Shown here: piece by piece, positions 11,701 to 21,800 of the stretch
How positions within the stretch are numbered: the stretch's first letter is position 1
Layout: each line of letters starts with the position of its first letter
Assembly (NCBI GenBank): GCA_002269645.1
Contig: NIVC01003335.1
Coordinates: forward strand, 39,647 to 103,646
DNA length: 64,000 nt
From: Macrostomum lignano
Taxonomy: Eukaryota
Reading direction: 5' to 3'
The notes under the pieces: generated by a model
What the model saw: the letters and a program-made list of their open reading frames with translations, nothing else
Told to the model about the DNA's origin: nothing
The model's database searches: none
Position numbers and translations under genes: made by a program

Positions 11701-14135
11701 GAGGTGTTTCCAGCAATTTGTTTTCTTACATTTTCAAAAGATTTCGTCTTGTTGTCAACCTTACTTAGTTCTTTAACATGTTATCTGCTTTCCCATCCGG
11801 TAGACTTGTGCATACATTTGATCTGGAATTTTGTCCAGTTTCTCATCCGGTAGACATGTGCATACATTTGATCTGGCATTCATCCGGAATTTCATCCAGT
11901 TTCATCTGGTGGAGGTGTGCATACATTTGATCCGGCATTCATCTGGAATTTTGTCCGGTTTCTCATCCGGTGGAGGCATGCATACATTTCGTCCAGATTT
12001 GCTCCACAATTTGCTCCGCCCTGTTCTCTGCAGCTTTCCAGATAGCTTCCTGGATGAATTTCCGGACTAATGTTGGTTGAACACCCAGATGAAAGGTCAA
12101 ATATGCATGTTTTCATCTGGTTTGTAAACTTTTCATCCGGCTCTCATCCGGTTTTTAAATGAGACATTTGTATTACATACCAGATGAAATTCGGGATGTT
12201 GCTTTGGATGAAAACCAGATTATGACAGCCAGGCGGGTGCACACAAAAAATTTTGAGTATACACTCACACTCTTAAATTTATGCTAGAATTGCAACAATA
12301 AATGACCTTTTTTGGGTTGCGTGAAGAACACTTTTGGCTAATTATTTGGTTGATTTTTTTGCTTTTTCCCCTATATTATTTATAGCAAAAAATTGATATA
12401 TGCAAATATTTGTTTAAATGCCTTAATACAAGCTTGAAAAAACTAGAAAGCTTAATATTTTTTACTTAAAATGATTTTTATTTTTTTCACTTATTCTTTT
12501 TTTACTAACTCTTTCACAAGATTCTATAAGTTGTATGCCAGGTGTGCATGCATACTAATTTCTCAGGAGTGATGCACGCCAACTGTGCATGCCTACTTTT
12601 GGCATACCTACACTCAAGGTTACATGTACACCAGAATTTTCCAACATACCATTGAAGAGTTTGGCATATTAGGGTACCACTTTGGGGCACCACCCCTATT
12701 GGAATAAGTTTCAAAAACCTGCGGACATGCAACATGGGTGCCAAAATTGTGCCTTCAAAAGCATGACGCGACACCAAATTTTGTTGACTAGGGGGGTGGC
12801 GATGCAACGTGCAACGCAACACTGACAACCGAATAACCAGGGGGAGGGGGGAGGACACCATAGCAGCCACGTTGCAATTGACAATTTCTGTTTTGCCATT
12901 CACTCCCAACACCAAGACCATGGAGTGAGAGACAAAAGTATTCCTTTCAATTTTGCAGAAAAAGAAATGAAATTTAAAAACAATAAACAGTAAAACAACA
13001 AAGGTACAACACTTAGAAAACAGTGCATGCATTGTAACTAACAAGTAACATTTCTAAAAATTATATTTGAAGTATTAGTTACTTTACCGTCAAAATAAAA
13101 AAGAACAATTCAAGAACTAGTTATTATCAAACATGTTTAAAACATTTAAATACCAAGAAACAACCATAAACATATTACAATGAAACACAGTTTATGAGGT
13201 TTTGGCTACATATCTAGGCCGCAACGCGACACATGATGCCAGACACCAAGTTGCCACACTGTTGCGTTGCATTGTGCAATGCATGACGACATCTGGTTTC
13301 CAATGTTGCGCAACATGACACACCACTTGATACCACTGTTGCACAATGCGACACCAGGAGAATCCAAAAATGTGACGGATGGTCATCCACATTTTGTCAA
13401 CTTATTCCAATAGGGGGCACCATTTTAAGCTTGAGAAACTTTTGGCACACCCACTACTATAATTTTTCTTTTACAAAACTACATGCACATTGTAGGCCTA
13501 ACATTAACAACAATGAGAGTTTAAAAAATTCCATTTTTATTTACAATAGTAATAGTACTTTTCCAAATATAAAGTTTTAAAATTTGTTAGTACCTATTAA
13601 TATTTTTGATTATTCAAAGATGTTATAGAAAGTTTTTGTTTAACTAAAGAACATTTTTGGAAAATTTAGAAAATGTGCAGTTTCTAAATGCAATTTAACT
13701 TGATGTGATAGATTTTTGCAATGTAAATTTGGCATTGTTTGGAATCTGTGCGCAACAGCAAAAGTCCTTGAATTGTCGCAACAGTTGCAAAAAAGGTCCT
13801 TTATTGTTGCAAGCGCAAATTTCAAAATGGTCCTTTCCTTAGACACTAAATCTTTGATTGATACTTCTAAATCTTCTTTAGTTAGATACCAAATCTTCGA
13901 AATAAAAGATGCATAGCCATAGGCCTAGTTAAGTAGACGAAAATTACTAGACCTAATTGCAAAAAAAATTTCTAAACATTATTTATGGGCGAAACGGTCT
14001 AAAAAGGAAAGATGTCCTTGGCAGGAATGGTTTAGTTTGGGGCGAAACAGCCAGAATTATGCATTACCAGTAAAAATACAGCAATACTGCAAAATAATTT
14101 AGCTAATAGTAGCAGAAAAAACAGGAGCTTACCAT
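2792..14135 (-). CDS. EEF2: Eukaryotic translation elongation factor 2; coding exons 14135-14133 (ATG only), 7085-6720, 6267-5764, 5418-4552, 4190-3633, 3042-2792
   Basis: Motifs [36 protein letters not shown] and the diphthamide loop [17 protein letters not shown]-terminus ...RFLDKL*. GT-AG boundaries keep phase 0. Summed coding length is 2549 nt, 1 nt short, because of a frameshift at ~2943. The ATG exon is inferred from aaaaATG|gtaag at 14135. Confidence 0.93.
3138..3562. repeat. 22-bp minisatellite (gggcgattcccatggaatataa) in the last eEF2 intron
   Basis: Tandem periodicity. Confidence 0.95.
4258..4392 (-). ncRNA. Possible box H/ACA snoRNA in eEF2 intron
   Basis: Minus strand shows hairpin, AGACTA (H box, 4324-4319), hairpin (gcct/aggc and tctga/tcaga stems), then ACA+3 nt (4263-4261). 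About 135 nt, ~70 nt from the 3' splice site. Pocket spacing is not canonical and no target was identified. Confidence 0.3.
5514..5586 (-). ncRNA. SNORD31: Box C/D snoRNA, U31/SNORD31 (snR67)-like, copy A
   Basis: Minus strand: acctgca-c-ATGATGA-ccttaTACTGCCCCAGg-CTGA(D')...TTGAGGA(C')...CTGA(D)-tgcaggt, with a 7-bp terminal stem. Guide is complementary to LSU CUGGGGCGGUA. Confidence 0.9.
5633..5722 (-). ncRNA. SNORD31: Box C/D snoRNA, U31-like, copy B (diverged)
   Basis: cagctc stem, GTGATGA, identical guide, CTAA (D'), TTGATGA (C'), CTGA (D), gagctg stem. Confidence 0.85.
6354..6428 (-). ncRNA. SNORD31: Box C/D snoRNA, U31-like, copy C
   Basis: Near-identical to copy A with the same boxes, guide and acctgca/tgcaggt stem. 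Confidence 0.9.
6431..6585 (-). mobile_element. 3'-shortened tRNA-derived SINE (family 1) with 12-bp target-site duplication
   Basis: Pol III A/B-box head and CORE-like body as in the copies at 15489, 26925 and 56645. atgtgcaggtaa is present at 6419-6430 and 6587-6598. Confidence 0.85.
7174..7244 (-). ncRNA. Box C/D snoRNA with a 14-nt guide to LSU rRNA CCAUCUAGUAGCUG
   Basis: Box C ATGATGA (7239-7233), guide CAGCTACTAGATGG (7195-7182), box D CTGA (7180-7177). Lies ~90 nt upstream of the 3' splice site at 7086. Confidence 0.85.
9438..12237. mobile_element. Non-autonomous TIR DNA element (~2.8 kb) in eEF2 intron 1
   Basis: 31-bp inverted repeats with 1 mismatch, cccgcctggctgtc(g/a)taatctggttttcatc, at 9438-9468 and 12207-12237. 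Subterminal atccgg/ccggat motifs, an internal ~190-bp tandem duplication (~11243-11620), no transposase. Confidence 0.75.
12693..13416. mobile_element. MITE-like element, 724 bp, with 18-bp TIRs and apparent 6-bp TSD
   Basis: cccctattggaataagtt (12693-12710) / aacttattccaatagggg (13399-13416), flanked on both sides by gcacca. Confidence 0.7.
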
Positions 14136-14223
14136 TTTTAGGCTGCTTCCAGGTTCCAACTGCGATACAAAATACTTTAAACACTAATAAACTCACACTA
14201 CTATCGATCTATGAAAAGTCAGT

Positions 14224-14236
14224 AAAAAGGAGAACG
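14224..14236 (-). promoter_or_regulatory. TCT/5'TOP-like start motif of eEF2
   Basis: Minus strand cgttcTCCTTTTTact matches YYC+1TTTYY just upstream of the ATG exon. Typical of translation-factor and snoRNA-host genes. Confidence 0.45.
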
Positions 14237-15203
14237 TTTTTTGAAATTGTTGTTGCATATAGAACTTTTCTAACAGTTACAGTAAAACAAAGACTATTTT
14301 TAAAAAGCTTTGCTGAAGCAGATGTTTTTGCGTTTATTGTATTTATCTATTTATTTAAATATAATTTTTTATTAAAATGTTAAATGTACTCGTGTAACGA
14401 CTAATAAAAAATGCATTTGGTAGGAGTATGGCTTTAGATTTTTTGTCTAATTATTTAAGTCAATTAAATTTCGACTTAATCCGCACTGCGGATTAGCATC
14501 ACGCGCGGTACTGTCAGCCAATACTGACTCAGTAGAGAATTGTTGTTTCAAATACTGTTACAAATATGGATGTGAGATACAAAGAATTCAGACAGTTTAT
14601 TTCTGGGTTTTTTTCTAAATCACTAATATTTTTTACTTTATTCTGCTAGCACTCATACACCAAATATGACATATTTTGAATTTCTTTGTTGTTGTATCTC
14701 AAGTTTAATCAGTCTAACTAGTTTATCGATCAAACTGCCAGTTTTTAGATAGCCATAATTTTCAGTCACCCTAAATTTCATAAAATGATATACGAGTGGT
14801 ACATAAATTATGTTCCTATTAGATTAGAGAAAGGAGTTACAATAAAAATTGCAGTATTTTATTCTATTTTTTACAGACAGCCTACTTATCACATTTACCC
14901 TAACAGCTCTATTTTTCTTCAACCAATTGGATAAATTATCAATTAGTTTTCTACTAAACGCTACGCTACCATGATAATTGAAATCACTATGGTCAAGTTA
15001 GGAAACAATTTTACTTAGTCACCGACAATATAACTATTGCACATGAGAAGAAGAAGAAGAAAAGCATAATTTCAATTTCATTTAATTCAATGATATGCAT
15101 TTTTTGAAACTTTAACTCAAAACTAATAAATAGAGTTCAACCCCCTCTTTTGATGAAGCAGTTAAAAGAAATTCATTGATAGCAGCAGTTATTACTAATT
15201 GCA

Positions 15204-18200
15204 ATGTCTGGCTTTTATCTAAAGAATCGTCTCTTAGAAGTACTTGTCGTAGTTGGCGCCGATGACAGCAGCAGTCTCCGGCCTCGGCCAGGCGGCGGCG
15301 CTGGCAGCGGTCCAAACAAGCTGCTGACCAGCATCGCCTACGAGCCTTGTTTCCTAGCAACTGTCAACGAATCTAAGGCGGTTTTTCCCAACAAGTTAGT
15401 ATTTGTGTCTTTAGCGTGCTTTTCCATAGATTATTGATCGTCAGCTTTAATAATTCTGAACTTCCTAATTGTCAATAGCTTGAAAACAGGGGGTTGTAGG
15501 TTGTAGCCTAGTGGTTAGAGCGTCGGACTCACGACTAAAAGGTCGGGGGTTCGATTCTCGACCCACTCAGAACAATTTGTGTCCTGGAGCAAGACACTTA
15601 ACTCTGCATTGCTTCAGTTCACCCAGCGGTAAAATGGGTGCCAGCACTAGCTCGGGTAATTGAGGGTGCGTGGCGACCCCCAGTCCTTGGACTGAACAGC
15701 CGTACGCAGCCTTCAGATGCGCCGCGCAATAGCTGCGGCTGAGCTGTCGGTTGCACATCTGTCTATTTGTGTAGGTATAATCAATTATTATTATTAATAT
15801 TGAAACAACAATAGCTCGGACGAAACACATAACTACAATGAAAACCGGCCATCACTTGAAATTCGCAAAATTTCCAACTGCCCTCTAACTTACATGCAGT
15901 TGTCCTATTGTCAACGAGGTTGTCTATTAAAGAAAGCAATTGTTTCTCTTTCTAATCAATTTACAGCCACCCGCCAGTGGCTCCGTTCTACCCGCTGCCA
16001 GCTTTCCACGCGGGCTCGAGGGCCTCTCGCTCCCTCGCCCAGGGTCGGCTGGTTGAGCAGCAGCATCAGCAGCCGCCTGCCCAGACTCCCACCATGATAG
16101 AGGAGGAGGATGAAGAGGAAGAAGACAGCGAGGCGCCGGTTAGATGAAAGAGAGCTTTTTCATAATTGATTTTTAGCTACTTAAACTTCAGGAAGATAAT
16201 CAGGAAGATATTGGCCTGAGGAGGGTTGGGGGGAATTAATTTGGGACTTGTTGTGCACCGAACTTGGCCCTGGGAGGTGGGGTTGTCGCACGATTTACAT
16301 CCAACCCATAAGAGCCTACACCCCAAGGCACAGAGAGTGTACATGCCTGACGATTAGCAAGTCGGGCCGCTGTACACCCCTATGCGAGTGTGTACCTGTG
16401 TACGTATCCGCTGCGTGCTCGTGGGTTCGCTCAACGGGCACGATTGCTTTCTTCCTTGCTGCCTTCGGGTCGATGTCGTCTTTGATTTCTCAGAAACTCA
16501 GCTAAGCCCTAGTTCCGTTTTTTGATAGAAGCAACGTTTATATTCATTGCGAATTTACTGCGGCTCGCTCTAATCCTTCGAGCAGCCTTATTTAGCGAGC
16601 CTTGGTGTCGGAGGCGGCAGCAGCAGCGGCGGCGGCGGTGGTGGCGGCCGTGGGGGTCGTCGCCTGGGCATCGTCCAGTCCCTGCTTCCGTCGTCTTCGC
16701 CGCGGCAGTCAATCTCGGCGGCATCTAGTAGGCAGGCTCGTCGGCCGAGCTTTGCCCGAGCGAATGCTGACGTTGTTAAGTCGCTGATGTCTGACGAGGA
16801 CCAGCAGCAGCAGACTCTGGCTCGACTGATGCGTCGACGACCAACGCTCACCGGTAGCAGCGTCGGCGGCGGCGGCATCGGCGGCGGCCTGTCTGGTGTT
16901 GGCGGAGCCGACGGTAGACGAATGTCGTCTGTGCGCAACATTGCGGTGACAAAGCACGAGAAGAAGGTGGCTGGCGAGGTGGCGGAAGGACTGCCGGATC
17001 TCTGCTACCCGGAAGGCTTGCAGGTTTGTACTTTTAAGCATAATGGTGCGTTTGTGTGTTTTGAATTCTACTGTTCTCCAATGCCCATCGATGCCGTATG
17101 TCTAGAATTATCTCGCTTTTTGTCTTGTATTTGGTCACAAAGTCTTGAATTTGTCACCCTGTCTTGAATTGGTCACCGTGTCTTGAATTGGTCACCGTGT
17201 CTTGAATTTGTCACCCTGTCTTGAATTGGTCACTGTGTCTTGAATTGGTCACCGTGTCTTGAATTGGTCACCGTGTCTTGAATTGGTCAGTGTCTTGAAT
17301 TGGTCAGTGTCTTGAATTGGTCAGTGTCTTGAATTGGTCAGTGTCTTGAATTGGTCAGTGTCTTGAATTGGTCAGTGTCTTGAATTGGTCAGTGTCTTGA
17401 ATTGGTCAGTGTCTTGAATTGGTCAGTGTCTTGAATTGGTCAGTGTCTTGAATTGGTCAGTGTCTTGAATTGGTCAGTGTCTTGAATTGGTCAGTGTCTT
17501 GAATTGGTCAGTGTCTTGAATTGGTCAGTGTCTTGAATTGGTCACTTGAATTGGTCAGTGTCTTGAATTGGTCAGTGTCTTGAATTGGTCAGTGTCTTGA
17601 ATTGGTCACTGTGTCTTGAATTGGTCAGTGTCTTGAATTGGTCAGTGTCTTGAATTGGTCAGTGTCTTGAATTGGTCAGTGTCTTGAATTGGTCACTGTC
17701 ACCCTGTCTTAAATTGGTCACCGTGTCTTGAATTGGTCACCCTGTCTTGAATTTGTCACCCTGTCTGTCTTGAATTGGTCACCCACCGTGAATCTTGAAA
17801 TTGGTCACTATGTCTTGAATTGGTCACCGTGTCTTGAATTGGTCACCGTGTCTTGAATTGGTCACCGTGCTTTAGATAACTAAGTTTTCACCTCCCATCT
17901 GCAGATCAGTGCCCGCCCCTTGGAAGCGAGGATCGATTATCATGTGTTGACGCACATATCTGGCGACCGACTCTACGCCACCCTGCTGACATTCGGTCGG
18001 CAGTACCGCGCCAGACGGCAACCCAGCCTGGCTAATGCTGGCCCCAACAGCGATGAGGACGCCGAAGAGGATGCAGACGATGACAGCTTGGTGCAGCTTC
18101 GCTTAGAGGAAGACTGTCGAGACGATGACGTGGATGGACTGAATGATGAGGTGCGCTTGTTTAACATCATTGGGTAGCCCGGATATAGGTTTTTAAGCCT

Positions 18201-18846
18201 GAATTTTGGCTCTGCCGCAAATCCCGTTGAAAACGTTACCGTGACAAGAATCGCTAAAGAGACATTGCAAATAACTCACTAGGCTACTCTTGTGACTTTT
18301 AAACGACTCAATCGACTGTAATGCGATGGAGAGGCGACTGTTGAGTCATCAGCGCATCACATGAGTTGTAGAAGCGTTCCGAAAAAGTCGTCCAGGAGTC
18401 ATTGTGTTAGCGCTTACCTTTCTACTGAATTCACTCGACTAAATAGAGTTGTAATAAATGCGAAATGCGATTCGACGAGCGTAGCGTGACAAACGAAAAA
18501 TTTTGAATAAGTGTGCGGGAAAGCGGACAGACAGGACACCATCAAAAGCAGTGCTTAAATGCGTGCACAACAAACAAAAGCGGTGCTATTTACTACTGTT
18601 AGTAGAAAGCTACGATTTAAACCACACAAAGCACTACTATAAAAGCTACTACGACCACAACGACAAAGAATGCTAGTGTTGATACACGACTATATTACTA
18701 ATACTACTACTACCACCCCGACCACGACCACTACTAGTACTAGAAGTACCACTATTACTACTACTACTACTACTACTACTACTACCAATACTACTACAAC
18801 AACTACTACTTATACTACTACCTCTACCAATATCACTACAACTACT

Positions 18847-18881
<35 letters not shown>

Positions 18882-21800
18882 ATACCACTACTACTACCAC
18901 TACTACTACCACTACTACTACCACTACACCAGGGGATTACCGGAGTCGGCTTTTTAAAAGCGGATCCGCCAGCGTGAGCTGCGGGAGTTCGCAACAGATG
19001 CGGCCGGCCGACAGACTTAGCGGCCGACGCGGCTGAATAATTGGCCGAAGCTTTGCCAATCGGGGTAATTCTAGATTCTAGATGCGCTTTTGACGCAACT
19101 CAGTGAATATACAGCGGCTCTGGCAGGCCTCAGATACGACTTTACGGCTCCAGGGTTGTTATAGAAGCGCCCCGGAACCGTTGCAGAGTCTCAGTCAATA
19201 AAGCGCCTCAAATTGACTCTTAGACCACTCTTTGCCGGCTTTTTGGCGATTTGTTTTAGAGTCGTATAGAGTCACTTCTTTCCTATTTTACCTGTTACCT
19301 GCAACGACTCTGGAGCGACGTAAGTGACTTTGGTACGTTTCTTTGCCTAGTTACCGTCTTCATGGGGTGAATCCTTCGCTCAATACCTAATCCAGGTTCT
19401 CAGGGCAGCGTCAATTTCAATTTCAGATTGTCTACGTGCCCTCCACCGTCATCCTGGTCTCCAAACTGCCCTATTTCTCCGTACTAAAAACCTCGCTGTC
19501 AGCCATTCTGTCCCGTGTCAGCCAAGAGGATCCGCACAACTTCAACTCTATCATAATGTCGGCCACCATCGCTCTGTGCAGCACCCCTGTGCCGCCTCCA
19601 TCAGACACCTGTCTGGGCATCCAGTCTGAACTATTTGGCGTCACGCTGAACCTACTGCCGCCGATGCCTCGCATAGGCCTAGTGGTTGACTTTGACGTCA
19701 CGGTACTGTTTCGCAGTCTGCCATTGGACGATATTCTACTGTTGTTGTCGGCGCTGCTCACTGATCAGCGCATCGTGGTGACAAGCTCCGACGCGTCACT
19801 GATCGCTCTGGTGATGGAGTCGCTGCTGCTGCTGCTCTATCCGATGCGCTGGAACTTGCCGTACATGTCCAACATACCGAGCGTGGAGTTCCTCGGCGCG
19901 CCTCAGCCATTCTTTTTTGGCTGTCATTCCAACTGTCGCGACGAAGTGAACGAAACTGCCGGGCTAGTGGTTGGAGACTTGGACTCTGGCAAGGTGTACC
20001 TGACAGAACCGGCCGAACTGGTGCCATCGATGCCCAGGTGCGAGTCCAGACTGTGTTTTGTATGTTTCTTTTAGTCAGCCGTCGTTCATCGCGAATCGAG
20101 ATTAGGGAATTTGTGCGATTCGCAACCACGAGGGTCAACCCCAAGGCGTAGAGAGTGTACATGCTTGACAACGAAAGTCAGGGCCGCTGTACACCCTGGG
20201 TGACGCTGGCTGTGGGACGATGTCGCCGAAGGCGTGGCACTATGGCACTATGGCCTTTTCATAATTTGTCTAAGCATCCGGTTATTACCCCCCCCCTTAA
20301 TTAACAGGGATGTGCTGCGTCGATTAAAAGATCAATTATCGCCGAGGCTGAAGAAGCTGAACTTTGACTGGGTCATTCTATCCAAGCCCGATGCTCTGTC
20401 CATCGAGGACTTCAACAAGCAGAAGACTCAATTCAACATGGAAAATCGGCACCTGCTACTGAACACTTTCCTTCAGCTTATGGTCGAGTTATTCGGCGCA
20501 GTGACCCAGTTCATCAAAGAGGAGGCTCGCTTCTTCAACAAAGACGGCTATTTGAACTCGCTGCCCAATGCCGATCGGTCATTCTACGAAATGGTTGTCA
20601 ACGGCACCATGTTTGACGCGTTCTTGCACGACCGGCTCGACAACCGGGAGGACGCCTGGGATCGGCAGGCTCGCAGCAACCGGAAGCAGAGCTACGCACA
20701 GACTAAAAAGCGTCAGTCGACCGCGCTGATGTCCATGCCACGAGTGCCGGAGCTGGAGCCGAGTCAGCGCAATCCGGACTACCTGCAGCTGCCGGAGTAC
20801 TTCCCCAAGGAGGCTGGCGGCGACGGATTCTATCAGCGCTGCATCGACATGCTGGGCAGGCAGCTGGATGGAGCCGAGAGAAGCAGGTCTGAAACACTTC
20901 TAGCTTAGCTACACCATCTCAAAAGTACACCATAGAGCTACACCATCTCAGAGCTACACCATCTCAGAGCTACACCATCTCAGAGCTACACCATCTCAGA
21001 GCTGCACCATCTCAGAGCTACACCATCTCAGAGGTACACCATCTCAGAGGTACACCATCTCAGAGCTAACCATCTCAGAGCTACACCATCTCAGAGATAC
21101 ACCATCTCAAAGCTGCACCATCTCAAAGGTAAACCATCTCAAAGCTACACCATCTCAAAGCTACACCATCTCAGAGCTACACCATCTCAGAGATACACCA
21201 TCTCAAAGCTGCACCATCTCAAAGGTAAACCATCTCACAGCTACACCATCTCAAAGCTACACCATCTCAAAGCTACACCATCTCAAAGCTACACCCCAAT
21301 CCCAAAGCTATGCACCATCTCAAAGCTGCACCTTTCTAACCTTCCAACATTTTAATTTGCACCCAGGCGCGTGGCGATTCACTACCTGCGCAGCATGTAC
21401 CACTTGGCCACTGGTCAGAATGTGCCAGCTCTGCGCGACTGTCACGAGTGCTACAGACTGGACAGTCGCCTGGTGAACCAGCCGGCAGTTCGCGAGATCA
21501 TGCGCGGCCTGTCAGATGCCGAGCGTCAGGCATTGAAAGAGGAGCTGGACCAGCTGCGCCAGTTCGTTCATTCAGCTAGCGGTGGCAACTTCGATTTGGA
21601 CGCCGAGGACAGCTTCGAGCAGCCGGCGTCGATCATGACGGCCGCTGTGGCAGCCGCAGCTGCAGCCGCCGCCGTAGCAGGCGGAGACGTCGTCGACACA
21701 ATTGATTCCGGCGACGAAGCTTTAAAAGATCGGCGAAGAATTAGTCGCCAAATTCAGCTGCCAACTCGCTGCATCAGCAAGACGAGCTTCGGCGAGTGTC

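Noticed and set aside
13985-14050. ggggcgaaa matching LSU rRNA in eEF2 intron 1 as a possible snoRNA guide
   Set aside because: Only 9 nt, repeated as a ggcgaaac motif, with no adjacent C/D boxes
15489-15565. tRNA-like sequence with a CAC anticodon-like loop (also at 26925, 56645, 6585 and 39151)
   Set aside because: The family-1 acceptor arm does not pair properly, and in both families the head continues into a repeated SINE body, so these are not tRNA genes
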